Positions 46,601 to 56,290 of a DNA stretch of 64,000 nucleotides are shown here, piece after piece. Every line of letters begins with the position of its first letter. Position 1 is the first letter of the stretch. The translations under genes were made by a program, and so were the position numbers. Location: positions 1 through 64,000 of the IMG/VR virus record IMGVR_UViG_3300035687_000003. One strand, given 5' to 3'. Source of the stretch: a virus. The notes under the pieces were generated by a model. It saw only the letters and a program-made list of their open reading frames with translations. It was not told the origin of the DNA and made no database searches.

Positions 46601-47011
46601 ATGCGTGGCCTAGGGCGACTGTTTAATGCGCAGGTGTCAGCGACTACCGCTGCTGTCCGCGTCAACCTGAAGAATGCGCAAGCGGTGACAATTTTCGCGT
46701 ACAATGCAACATCCGGTGTGGCCACCATCCAGGAGTGCAACGCTGCTTCGGGTGGTACCGCACAGAACCTCGCGGCGATCACCACGTATTACACGAGCGT
46801 GTCCGGTGTGTGGACGAAGGTCACGCAGGTGGCGGCGGCAACATTCACCCTGGTCACGGGTGGACTCGCGGCCGTCGAGATCGACGCGACGCAGCTCAGC
46901 GCCGGCTTCACCTACATCACCGCGAGCCATGCTTCCGGAAGCTTCCTGATCCTCCCGCATGGTCTGACATCGCAGCGCAAGCCGGAGAGCCTGGTAGGTG
47001 CGTCGCTGTGA
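46601..47011 (+). CDS. Virion structural protein (head-associated)
   Basis: Position after the capsid gene; beta-rich; GLGR...QRKP. Confidence 0.75.
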   Translation: MRGLGRLFNAQVSATTAAVRVNLKNAQAVTIFAYNATSGVATIQECNAASGGTAQNLAAITTYYTSVSGVWTKVTQVAAATFTLVTGGLAAVEIDATQLSAGFTYITASHASGSFLILPHGLTSQRKPESLVGASL

Positions 47012-47484
47012 GCAGCTTGCTGAAGAACACCGCGCTGCGGACCCTTGACCTGGGAACCAAAGTTGAGGCACCTGCAGCGGTACTGCCCGCCACGGCGACA
47101 GCGAACATCTTCACTGTCGCTGGTGGACGTGTCGCCATCACCGGTCTGGTCGGCGTCTGCACCACGGTCTGCAGTGCTACGGCGACCACCTTGGCTCTGG
47201 GTACCGCGCCCACCGTGGGCACCGCGAACACCACGGGCCTCACGTCAGCCACGGCCATCACCTCTAAAGAGGCCGGCACGATGGTGAGTCTGCCGCCTGC
47301 GGTGGGCAGCGGTCTAGTAGTCGGGACGAACGCGGGTGTTGCGGCTCAGCTGTCCGGCCAGGGAGCATGCGTCGTGTCCGCCGGCACGATCACGATCACG
47401 ACGAGTGCCACGAACACGGGGGCTTTCCGGTGGACGCTCACCTACATCCCGTTCGATGACGGCGCGTCGGTCGCCGCGTCCTGA
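47008..47484 (+). CDS. Head decoration-like protein, paralog 1
   Basis: IFTVAGGRV.ITGLVG...W...YIP.DDGASV; GTGA coupled. Confidence 0.75.
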   Translation: MSSLLKNTALRTLDLGTKVEAPAAVLPATATANIFTVAGGRVAITGLVGVCTTVCSATATTLALGTAPTVGTANTTGLTSATAITSKEAGTMVSLPPAVGSGLVVGTNAGVAAQLSGQGACVVSAGTITITTSATNTGAFRWTLTYIPFDDGASVAAS

Positions 47485-47486
47485 CG

Positions 47487-47948
47487 ATGACAGTTACGGT
47501 CTCGGGTGCGCAGGTTCGGCAACTATTGTTCGGAACCATGGTCACCCGGGCTGCTGCGAATCTACCGGCTTCCACGACGAGTGACCTGTTCATTGTGGCC
47601 GGTGGGCGAGTGTTGCTCACCGGCATCGTCGGCGAGGTGACGACCGTCATTCAGGCGCAGGCCTGCGCCTCGAAGCTGCGAATGGCGCCCATCACCGGGA
47701 CTGCGGTCGACTTGTGCGCCACGCTTGACATCTCGGGCAAGGAGATAGGCACTTTACTGGGGGTGACCGGAACGTTCGCGACTGCGATGGTCGGCCCCAA
47801 CGCAGGGGCCACAGTTTATCCGAGTAATCGGATCGTATTGCCGATCGGCAGTGTGCAGCTGAGTTGCGTGGCCACGAACACCGGCCAGATTAAATGGGCG
47901 ATGACCTACATCCCGCTCGACGAAGGGGCCACCGTGTCGGCCGCGTAG
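47487..47948 (+). CDS. Head decoration-like protein, paralog 2
   Basis: LFIVAGGRVLLTGIVG...W...YIPLDEGATV. Confidence 0.75.
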   Translation: MTVTVSGAQVRQLLFGTMVTRAAANLPASTTSDLFIVAGGRVLLTGIVGEVTTVIQAQACASKLRMAPITGTAVDLCATLDISGKEIGTLLGVTGTFATAMVGPNAGATVYPSNRIVLPIGSVQLSCVATNTGQIKWAMTYIPLDEGATVSAA

Positions 47949-47993
47949 CTCACTGCTGCCTCATCCGGTGCTGTGACGGGAGGCGGGCCGACG

Positions 47994-48509
47994 ATGCCTC
48001 TCCCCTCCCTCTCCCTGGCGCCTTCGCTCACCCTAGCCCCCTCGTGGCCCGGGGCTCCCAACTCCACTACAGGGCCGCTACGCAACGCCACGGGAATCCT
48101 GGTCGCCTGTTCAGCGAAGGCACTGCCGCAGTCCGGTGTCTCCACATTGTTCACCGTGTCGGGTGGCCGGATTCTCTTGACATCGATAGTCGGTCTGGTC
48201 ACCGTGGCGATCCAACCGCAGGCGAACAATACGAAACTCCAGAGCGTTCCTACGGTGGGAACCGCGGTCGACTTGTGCGTGACTGCGGATATTACTGGTC
48301 GGGAGTCGGGGTCGATGCTGACCCTTACCAGTGTCTTCACCTCCGCACTTCAGGTGGCGAACGCGGGTGGTGCCGCAACTCAGCTCGCCGCGATCGTGAT
48401 TCCGCCCGGCGTCGTGGCGTTGAGCTGCAATGCCGGTAGCGCCGGACAGATGAGCTGGGTGGCCACGTATGTCCCGCTTGATACCGGCGCATCTGTCGCT
48501 GCTGCATAG
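47994..48509 (+). CDS. Head decoration-like protein, paralog 3 with N-terminal PSLSLAPSL extension
   Basis: LFTVSGGRILLTSIVG...W...YVPLDTGASV; GGAGG RBS. Confidence 0.75.
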   Translation: MPLPSLSLAPSLTLAPSWPGAPNSTTGPLRNATGILVACSAKALPQSGVSTLFTVSGGRILLTSIVGLVTVAIQPQANNTKLQSVPTVGTAVDLCVTADITGRESGSMLTLTSVFTSALQVANAGGAATQLAAIVIPPGVVALSCNAGSAGQMSWVATYVPLDTGASVAAA

Positions 48510-48619
48510 GGGTCCGATAGTAGGACACTGCGATGGGTTAATAGTCGGGGTGGTCGATATTTGCGAATATTCAACCGCTCATTTTCTAGTATATCACTGC
48601 TGCGGGAGGAGACTGCCCG

Positions 48620-49156
48620 ATGGCGTTATCCTATTGCGCTGAATGCACAACCGCGTACAGCAATGATCTTGCGACGTGTCCGCATTGCGGATCTCAGGAA
48701 ACATGTTCAGAGGAGGCCAGGATGGCGAAGATCAGTGGCACCGGTGTCAGTCATGACCAGGGAGACGAGCCCGACGGCTGGCCGGAGAATGCCGTTGTGG
48801 GCGCTGGTAACGATATTAGCCCGCACGATCCCCTGGCCAGGTTGCAGCATGTTCCACCGGTAGCTGACCCGACTGCCGATCCTTACGAGAAGTCGGTTGA
48901 TACTGGCACTGCCCGTGCAGGCCGCGTCAATGATGACGACAGGACTGAGTCCGTACGCACGAGCAGTGCCGATGCCGGTAGCAGGGGTGACAGCGATACC
49001 GACGACTCGCACGAACCGGACCAGAGCCGCGTGGATGAAGTTACCGGTGTTCCGACCCAGGAATCCGATGAATCTTCGACTGCGATCCGGTCCGATGAAC
49101 CGGTACGCATCACTCCCCATGATGACCGCACGGCCGGTCGTCCCGTTTCCGAATGA
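48620..49156 (+). CDS. Zn-ribbon + acidic disordered protein
   Basis: CAEC...CPHCG; GGAGGAG RBS; second RBS before MAKIS. Confidence 0.65.
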   Translation: MALSYCAECTTAYSNDLATCPHCGSQETCSEEARMAKISGTGVSHDQGDEPDGWPENAVVGAGNDISPHDPLARLQHVPPVADPTADPYEKSVDTGTARAGRVNDDDRTESVRTSSADAGSRGDSDTDDSHEPDQSRVDEVTGVPTQESDESSTAIRSDEPVRITPHDDRTAGRPVSE

Positions 49157-49314
49157 GCCTGTTCTCAAACCGAGTCATCCGCCCGAGACCGGCTACCGCA
49201 AGGGGTGCCGTCGCCGTTCCGCGGCCAGTGAAGTCTAACGGTGCCACTCCTCATGCGCGCCCAGCGTTGATCACTGTTTCTCTGGGCGCGGCGAAGGCGA
49301 GAGTGAGGTAGTCG

Positions 49315-49602
49315 ATGCCGCAATGGTACTGCCCGCATTGCACCGAAGCGGCCCGCACCGTGGATGACGCGATCCCCTACCACCGCTGCCATAGCACGAA
49401 AGGCCTGCTGACCCCGCTCATCGTGGCTGGCACGAAAGCGAAGGTCGAGGTTCGGGAACGCGAGGACTACGTGGGTAAGGAACGCGTGCAAACCAACGCC
49501 GAAGGTCGGCCTGTGATGAGTGTGGTCACAACTAGGTCTGACGGTCAAGATTGCATCATCTTCCCACCGACAGCTCACGTCATAACCGAAGCGTCCATCT
49601 AG
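49315..49602 (+). CDS. Conserved actinophage protein
   Basis: W.CP.C...H.C...GL..P...EREDYVG.E. Confidence 0.75.
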   Translation: MPQWYCPHCTEAARTVDDAIPYHRCHSTKGLLTPLIVAGTKAKVEVREREDYVGKERVQTNAEGRPVMSVVTTRSDGQDCIIFPPTAHVITEASI

Positions 49603-49675
49603 CCCTGGGAAACATGGGCCATGGTGCGCGTTCATTAACGATCCGACACACCGGCACATTAATGAGGAGCAGTAG

Positions 49676-50161
49676 ATGGCATGGACTGACAGTAGGATCT
49701 TCCGTGCCTACATTACAGATCAACTTAACCTCGCCACTACCACGAAAATCAAGCTCGATGGTACCGATACCCTGAAGAATGCGCTGTACGTTACGGGTGC
49801 TACCCCTGACCGCAACGTGACCCGAGCGAACACCGCTTACGCCGTTGACCAGTGGGTTGTCGGCAATGAGGTCAGCCAAGCCGTGCAGTGGCCCGTCGGT
49901 GGCATCGCACTCACCGGTCAATCACTGAACTCCGCAACCGCGAACACTGTATTCTTCACCGCTTCCAACACCGTGTCCGGATCGTCATTCACCACCACGG
50001 CCGCCGTGTTTGGCAGCCTCATCTACGACACCACCGCAACCACTGCCACCAACCAGGGGATCTGCTACTTGTATTTCGGCGGAGGCAATTCGGTCACATT
50101 GGGAACCCTAACGATCAGTTACGCTGCGTCACCAGCGGGCGTGTTCAATATCACTGTGTAG
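49676..50161 (+). CDS. Virion structural protein
   Basis: MAWTDS..F; D..K.ALY; YFGG..SVT.GT.TI; GAGGAG RBS. Confidence 0.75.
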   Translation: MAWTDSRIFRAYITDQLNLATTTKIKLDGTDTLKNALYVTGATPDRNVTRANTAYAVDQWVVGNEVSQAVQWPVGGIALTGQSLNSATANTVFFTASNTVSGSSFTTTAAVFGSLIYDTTATTATNQGICYLYFGGGNSVTLGTLTISYAASPAGVFNITV

Positions 50162-50221
50162 GTCACTGACCTGCGACGATGGTAGATCGCATGACCTTGA
50201 GCGTGTGATACTGTGTAAGCT

Positions 50222-50998
50222 ATGGAACATAGTCGCTGCTCAGTCACTGGTTGTAACCGACCGTTCTACGGTGCCGGTTACTGCAACCGGCACCATCGCC
50301 AGCACTGGAAGACCGGCACTGTGCCAGTACTTGACGTGTCGTTACGAAAGTGCGTTCACTGTAAGTTGCCACTCGACCGGCATAATACCAACATCAGCGA
50401 TCGTGCGATCTACTGTTCGCGAGATTGCAAAGACGCCGCCAGAAGCCTCGAACTGATCTACGAGACGCAGCGAAAGAAGCAGAATAGAACGTGCCTTCAC
50501 TGTAAGCGGCCCATGGGTCAGGACAGAGGAGGCAAGGCCAAGTTCTGCTCGCTGGATTGTACCACTAAATTTCACAATCACCGGCGCGCTGCCGAGAAGT
50601 ATGCTGCCAAACTAGCTGACAGGAAACCATGTAGAGGCTGCGATCAACCGATACCGGAAACGTGTCGATCAAGCGCTGTCTACTGCTCACGTGAATGTAA
50701 GGAACGGCATGATCACGAGAGCCCGCGCGCACGCGGAAACGCTTTAGAGTGGCGAAGAAGGCACTATTACAATCTTCTTCCAGACGAATTCGACGCTCTG
50801 CTCGATAGTCAGGGCGGCAAGTGCGCTATATGTCGCCTTGACACGTGGCCTGGGAAATATAACAAGCCTCACGTGGATCATTGTCACGAAACGAACACGG
50901 TACGTGGAATTCTTTGCCATAGTTGCAATGTCGGTCTCGGGAATTTTCACGACAGCATAGATCTACTAGAGGCCGCCATCGCCTACTTGAAACGGTAA
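50222..50998 (+). CDS. Endonuclease VII-family homing endonuclease with repeated YCS..C Zn modules
   Basis: Q.GKCAIC...HVDHCH.T..VRG.LC..CN..LG...D. Confidence 0.9.
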   Translation: MEHSRCSVTGCNRPFYGAGYCNRHHRQHWKTGTVPVLDVSLRKCVHCKLPLDRHNTNISDRAIYCSRDCKDAARSLELIYETQRKKQNRTCLHCKRPMGQDRGGKAKFCSLDCTTKFHNHRRAAEKYAAKLADRKPCRGCDQPIPETCRSSAVYCSRECKERHDHESPRARGNALEWRRRHYYNLLPDEFDALLDSQGGKCAICRLDTWPGKYNKPHVDHCHETNTVRGILCHSCNVGLGNFHDSIDLLEAAIAYLKR

Positions 50999-51025
50999 CG
51001 CGAGAAGCTCAGACGGGATGCGTCA

Positions 51026-51670
51026 GTGACCATCAACGTTCGCTCGGCAGTGAAATCCGGCGATCCCTCTACCAGTTTCAATTGCTACACCGCCCCCGCT
51101 GGCACGTTGCCCGGGGATTTGCTTCTCGGCCTCCACTTCGGCCTCGTCGCGGGCGGTAACACTGTCGCCGGTATGACGGGGCCGTCAGGGTTCACTCAGG
51201 TCGGATCCACATACGCGGACAATGACTGTATCATCAAAGTGTGGAAAGCTCCCGGGACCACAGCCACGCCCTACACGTTCGGTGGTGTGGGTATCGGCGC
51301 AGCCGGGGTACTTGCCATCGACCAAACAAACGTGTCAACACCGATACATATCTTCCCGCAGTACAACTCGGGGACTGAGATAGACGCGCAGATCGCCCCG
51401 TCCGTCGTGCCGACGATACCGGCGTTCCTGCTCATCTGTGGGTGGTGCTGCACGCAAGGTAGCGTTCCATCGTATTCCCCAGCGTGGGGCATGACTGAAA
51501 ATGTGGATTTCACTGACGGGTCCACACCGTTCACTATCACAGTCAACAGTCAAGTATTTTCAGACATCTTCAGTTATGCGAACCAGCCCACAGGGACTAA
51601 ATGCGCGAAACCGGGTGGCACTGAGGGGAGCACCCGGTACGCGTCGGTTACCCTCGTCGTCAGCCCGTAG
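51026..51670 (+). CDS. Minor virion protein (beta-rich)
   Basis: PAGT.PGDLLL, PSGFT motifs; structural context. Confidence 0.65.
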   Translation: MTINVRSAVKSGDPSTSFNCYTAPAGTLPGDLLLGLHFGLVAGGNTVAGMTGPSGFTQVGSTYADNDCIIKVWKAPGTTATPYTFGGVGIGAAGVLAIDQTNVSTPIHIFPQYNSGTEIDAQIAPSVVPTIPAFLLICGWCCTQGSVPSYSPAWGMTENVDFTDGSTPFTITVNSQVFSDIFSYANQPTGTKCAKPGGTEGSTRYASVTLVVSP

Positions 51671-51674
51671 CCCC

Positions 51675-52406
51675 ATGGCTATCACCGAGGACGCGTCGAC
51701 ACCTGCGGTGACAACGCAAACCGGCACCGGCACCACCATCACGTCCCCCTCCTTCACCCCCCCACAGGGAACATTGCTCGTCGCGTTGGTCAGCGCCGGT
51801 AAAAGCAACAACTTCAACAACCCGCCCACCGTGACGGACACCGGCAACCATTCATGGACGCTGATCAACTGGAACAGCGCCAACACTGTCGACAATGGCG
51901 GGTTCGTCGGAGTGTATTACGCACCACAAGGCGTGACCCCGGCGGCTGTCACGGTCACTGCAACTTTCGGTGCGTTCGGTTCCGGTGGGGGCAGCATGCT
52001 CGACGTTCGCGTACTCAATGGGGCCAGTCCCGACCAGTCGACTGCGGGATACGCGAACTACGTTTACACCGTCGCCGCCGCCACCGCGAACTGTGAGATC
52101 AACGTAGTCACCACCGTCACCGGGTCCGTGGTTTACGGGATCTGTGTCGATACCAGCGGCAACGCCGCTCTCGGCGTGAACGGACTCACCACTGCGATCA
52201 ACACGTTCGCTAACGCCACCGACCTCAGCCGGAACGTGACCTGGAAGTCGACGTCCGCGACCGGCGTTCCTGGCCTCACCCGGTTCGGTGGGAACTGGCC
52301 AGGGACCGCCACGAGCCTCATCCTCGGCACCGAGTTCATTCCCGCTATCCGACCGACTCCTGTACGCAATCTCCGGCAAGCGCCGAAGCGGGCTTCTTTC
52401 TACTGA
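51675..52406 (+). CDS. Minor virion protein
   Basis: MAITEDASTPA...SFTPP.GTLLVA; C-terminus QAPKRASFY. Confidence 0.7.
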   Translation: MAITEDASTPAVTTQTGTGTTITSPSFTPPQGTLLVALVSAGKSNNFNNPPTVTDTGNHSWTLINWNSANTVDNGGFVGVYYAPQGVTPAAVTVTATFGAFGSGGGSMLDVRVLNGASPDQSTAGYANYVYTVAAATANCEINVVTTVTGSVVYGICVDTSGNAALGVNGLTTAINTFANATDLSRNVTWKSTSATGVPGLTRFGGNWPGTATSLILGTEFIPAIRPTPVRNLRQAPKRASFY

Positions 52407-52419
52407 TGGGGTGTCGCTC

Positions 52420-52905
52420 GTGGCTGACCTTTATTTCGCTGCGTCCGAAGCGATCAACCTCGGCGCGGCGACTGCTCTTGTCGTGTTGGACGTGGCGATG
52501 ACCTCCACGAACCGGCGCATAGCGCCAGTGGAGATCAGTGTCTCATTCAACGGGGTTTCCGCGACGGCGGTCCCTGTGATCGTGAGGCTGGTTCGTACGA
52601 CCGTCGCCCCTGTGGGTGGTGGCACCATCACCCAAGCCCCGGTCCCATTGGACCCTAACTCCCCTGCGTCACTCGCGACGGCGTACATGCCGACCACGGC
52701 GAGCCCCGGTGTTTATGCGACCACCGCCCCGACCGTGGGGGTGACGCTCCGCACATGGTACGTGCCACCCACGTCCGGACAGGTGATACAATTACCCCTC
52801 GGGCAGGAGATGATATCCCCCGCGGTCGCCGGATCCGGTTTCGGTATTCAGTGTGTCGCACCGGCCGTGGTGGCCGCGATCACATACCTGACATGGCTGG
52901 AATAA
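52420..52905 (+). CDS. Minor virion protein
   Basis: ISVSF.GV, PLG.E, C-terminal W.E. Confidence 0.7.
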   Translation: MADLYFAASEAINLGAATALVVLDVAMTSTNRRIAPVEISVSFNGVSATAVPVIVRLVRTTVAPVGGGTITQAPVPLDPNSPASLATAYMPTTASPGVYATTAPTVGVTLRTWYVPPTSGQVIQLPLGQEMISPAVAGSGFGIQCVAPAVVAAITYLTWLE

Positions 52906-52936
52906 TCGGCTAGTGATTTAGCGGCCGGGGGTTTCT

Positions 52937-55372
52937 GTGGCGCGGATCGGTCGTAGCCGTCCATCGCGGGTTCGGAAAACGCGTCCGGTCCGGCTGGATA
53001 ACACAGTCCCGTACTCCCCGTCCGGGACTGGTACGGCCGGTCCAGCGACACCTTCCTGCTCTTTTCCCGCGACCGGCGCTACCGGTGCCGGCGCTGCAAG
53101 TAATCCCACCGTCACGGTAACATCCAACGCCACGGTCTCCGCAGCTTCAGCGGCGGCTACCGGGACGGCGAGCAACAGTCCCTCAAGGCAAGTAGTCCTC
53201 AACCCCATCGCCGCGGCCGGTATCGGATCGGCATCCGCTACGGCCGGAATCACGTTCGCCGCGCTCACTACCGCGGGCACCGGTACCGCTGGTCCTACGT
53301 CTCCAGTGGTGACGGTTCCCCCCGCCGCAGCGGCATCGAGTGCTACAGCGTCGAATCCCGCAACGGCGGTCGTTTACCCTGCCGCTGCAGCGGCAGGTGC
53401 AGCCGCGGCAGTAACCTCGATCGCGGGAATCACCGCAAGCCCGAGCTCCGCGACTGCAACCGGTACCGGTGCGGCACCCGTACTCGCGTTGACGATCAGC
53501 TCCACGGGTGGTGGCGGTTCCGGCTCAACAGGGGCCACGGTCGGCGCCACTACCTTCACTGCTGGCATCGGTAGTGGAATCGGTACCGCGTCGAACGCTG
53601 GCAGCTCGGTTGTCGCTCAGCCCAGTGCTGCCAGTGGACTCGGGTCTACCGGCACCGCAGCCCCCGGCGTCGCGTTCACCGGGTCCTCGGCACCGGCCGC
53701 CGCGGCCGCCGCGGTTCCAGCCCTGGCAGTCACTACTTCATCCGCCGCAGCGGGATCGACCGCTACTGCGACGAACCCGCTGGCGTCGACCGGCTTTACT
53801 GTCATAGCCGCAGCGGCCAGCGGGACCGCGACCAACCCAAGCGCTCGTATCACGGTGGGGCCAGCCGCGGACGCCGGTACCGGTACAGCCACATCGCCAT
53901 CGGTGACGACGGCATCGACCTGGACGGTTAACGCCGCGACTGCTGCAGGTATCGGGTCAGCTGCTAGCGCAACGCTTGCCGTTGCCATCGTCGCGTCAGC
54001 AGTCGGTGGGATTGGCTCCACGTCGGGAGCCGTCCCGGCCGTCGGTCCTACCGTGGGATCGTCGGCGGCGGCCAGCTCAACCGGGGCCGTGTCGACCGCT
54101 GTAATCGCAGCTGCGGGCAGCGCCAGTGGCAATGGCGCATCGACTGGTGCCGTCACCGCAGGCCTGGTCAGCGCGGGCTCAGCGGTTGTTACGGGGCAAG
54201 CTGGCACTAGTTCTGCCGCGGTATGGATCGACCCTGCGACTGCCAGCGGGTCCGGGACTGCCAGCTCGCCACCACTGGCAGTGGTCGACAGTCCGGCCGC
54301 GGCGGCGGCAACCGGTAACGCGAGTAACCCATCTGTCGCTTTGCTCGCCACTTCGGCGAGCGCAGCTGGCATCGGTTCAGTCGGGGCCTCGGCCGCTCAG
54401 GTCACGGTTAAGCCAAGTACTGCGGCTGCCAGCGGTGTTGCCGTCAATCCTGCTGTCACTGCCAGTAGCAACGCCACTGCACTGCCGGCCAGCGCGTCAG
54501 CGGTAGGTGCCGCGGGTCCCGTCTCTTTCGCGGTATCGGTGGCAGGGGGCGTCGCGTCGGCCACCGGTATTGCCGGTCCCGTTAGCCGTGCGGTAGCGAA
54601 GATTGCTACTTCCGCTACCGGCAACGCGGCATCGACCGGACCGGCTCTGAGTGAGACGGTTAACGCCAGTAGCGCCACGTCGACCGGTGCGGCGAGCAAT
54701 GCCACCGTAATTACCGGAGTGGTTGCCTCTGCTGTCACGGCTCCCGCCATCGCTACTGCGGGTACCGCTACCGCCAGTGGCTCCAGTGCCATTACGGCCA
54801 GTCCTGTCACGGCCGCTGGCATTGGATCAACGGCGACACCTGTTCCCGCATCGGTCACCGTTTACCCGACGATCGCAGCAGGGACCGGTTCAGCCGGGAA
54901 CGTCACCGGTCGGATCACGGTTGCCCCTGCAGCCGGATCAACTATCGGTGCCGCGTATTCAGCGCCGCGGCTGCTAACTTTCCAAGCCAGCTCGGCGAAT
55001 GCTGCGGGCTCCACCGCTGCACAAGCGACTGTCACCGCACTACCGCCAGCCGCTACAGGTGCCGCGGTCGCCGTAAACTCCAGCGCCAATCCGAGCGCCA
55101 GTGTTATCACAGTCCATGCGGCAACGGCGTCAGCCGTCGGCATCGTGCCAGCGATCGTCAGCCCCACCTATGTAGCACCCGAGCCTACGATCGCAGGCTC
55201 CTGGTATCAGCTGGTCGAAGTATACCGAGAAGCCGCGGAGCTCAAGCGGTACGGCGACACCCGAACGCCTGTCGCATGCCCGAATGATGGACTGCTGCTC
55301 ACCGGGAACAGTCATGGTCAGCTGCACTGTGCGTGGGATTCCTGGCAGCCGGGAGCCACCGATCCAGAATAG
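52937..55372 (+). CDS. Ala/Thr/Ser/Gly-rich repeat fibre-like virion protein with C-terminal Cys/His module
   Basis: About 20-aa degenerate repeats (A.A.G.A..P.V); N-terminus MARIGRS; C-terminus GSWYQL...CP...HC. Confidence 0.75.
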   Translation: MARIGRSRPSRVRKTRPVRLDNTVPYSPSGTGTAGPATPSCSFPATGATGAGAASNPTVTVTSNATVSAASAAATGTASNSPSRQVVLNPIAAAGIGSASATAGITFAALTTAGTGTAGPTSPVVTVPPAAAASSATASNPATAVVYPAAAAAGAAAAVTSIAGITASPSSATATGTGAAPVLALTISSTGGGGSGSTGATVGATTFTAGIGSGIGTASNAGSSVVAQPSAASGLGSTGTAAPGVAFTGSSAPAAAAAAVPALAVTTSSAAAGSTATATNPLASTGFTVIAAAASGTATNPSARITVGPAADAGTGTATSPSVTTASTWTVNAATAAGIGSAASATLAVAIVASAVGGIGSTSGAVPAVGPTVGSSAAASSTGAVSTAVIAAAGSASGNGASTGAVTAGLVSAGSAVVTGQAGTSSAAVWIDPATASGSGTASSPPLAVVDSPAAAAATGNASNPSVALLATSASAAGIGSVGASAAQVTVKPSTAAASGVAVNPAVTASSNATALPASASAVGAAGPVSFAVSVAGGVASATGIAGPVSRAVAKIATSATGNAASTGPALSETVNASSATSTGAASNATVITGVVASAVTAPAIATAGTATASGSSAITASPVTAAGIGSTATPVPASVTVYPTIAAGTGSAGNVTGRITVAPAAGSTIGAAYSAPRLLTFQASSANAAGSTAAQATVTALPPAATGAAVAVNSSANPSASVITVHAATASAVGIVPAIVSPTYVAPEPTIAGSWYQLVEVYREAAELKRYGDTRTPVACPNDGLLLTGNSHGQLHCAWDSWQPGATDPE

Positions 55373-55393
55373 GTTAACTGAGAGCGGTGCACC

Positions 55394-55582
55394 GTGGGGT
55401 CCTGGTATCAGTTGTATGACATCTTCCGGGAAGCGGAGCAATTCCAGATCGATGCCGTTTCTAGTCCACCGACAGTGTGCCCGCTATGTGGAACAACGCT
55501 GAGTTTGGGGCCGGCCGGGGAGAGGCATTGCCAATTCGAGGGATGGGTTGAGGGTGATACACCGGTTAAGTGGAATGATTAA
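55394..55582 (+). CDS. Stand-alone copy of the GSWYQL/CP..HC module
   Basis: Clear similarity to the C-terminus of the upstream gene. Confidence 0.7.
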   Translation: MGSWYQLYDIFREAEQFQIDAVSSPPTVCPLCGTTLSLGPAGERHCQFEGWVEGDTPVKWND

Positions 55583-55602
55583 CGAATGGTGAGAGGTGAA
55601 CT

Positions 55603-55818
55603 GTGAGCGAGCGGTCCCGCACGTATGCGTGCCATAACCGTGCCTGCACTCAATACCAGATGCGGGCAACTGTATGGGGACAGCTGTGCAGTGTCCGGTT
55701 CTACAGTTGGCCGATTCTCACCTGCACGGGATGCGGACAGGTGCCGCGGATCGTCACAGACAAACCGGTGGCCGTCGACGCACCGGTCAAACCGGTGAGA
55801 AAGGTCTCGACGCGCTGA
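55603..55818 (+). CDS. Small Zn-ribbon protein
   Basis: C.N.AC...CTGCG; GAGG RBS. Confidence 0.55.
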   Translation: MSERSRTYACHNRACTQYQMRATVWGQLCSVRFYSWPILTCTGCGQVPRIVTDKPVAVDAPVKPVRKVSTR

Positions 55819-55835
55819 CCGCTGGAGGCCGCGCT

Positions 55836-56189
55836 ATGGCCGTAAGTGGCCGATTGCTTGACATGCTAAGAGAATACTCGCAGATGCTCAATCGTCTGGT
55901 GAGTAACCATGGTAACCGTATTGAAGGGTTGGAACATCGAATGAATGCTACCGCCGACAAGATCCTCCAGATTGACAACGCATTGAACCGGCAGGGTGAT
56001 GGTCTGCGGTTGGTCGCCGACCGCTTGACCGCGTTGCAGACCCAGGTCGGAGGGTTGGACAACAGCATTGCGGAGCAGCTGACTCCTTTGATCGACACCC
56101 TCAACGCGCACGCTGACCGGTTGACTGAGCTGGCCGCTGACCCGAACAACCCGGTGCCCAATCCGGAGCCAATCCCTAACCCGGCCTGA
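55836..56189 (+). CDS. Coiled-coil protein
   Basis: GGAGG RBS; heptad pattern; ADP.NPVP tail. Confidence 0.65.
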   Translation: MAVSGRLLDMLREYSQMLNRLVSNHGNRIEGLEHRMNATADKILQIDNALNRQGDGLRLVADRLTALQTQVGGLDNSIAEQLTPLIDTLNAHADRLTELAADPNNPVPNPEPIPNPA

Positions 56190-56195
56190 CCATCC

Positions 56196-56233
56196 GCCAC
56201 CCGGTATCAATGAGGGCGCGGATACCGGGTGGC
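56196..56233 (+). terminator. Putative intrinsic terminator
   Basis: 13-bp stem GCCACCCGGTATC/GATACCGGGTGGC followed by TGTTGTTTGT. Confidence 0.65.
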
Positions 56234-56290
56234 AGTGTTGTTTGTAAGCGGAAGTGGCCAGCGGGAACTACTTGACATCGATGGAACAGG

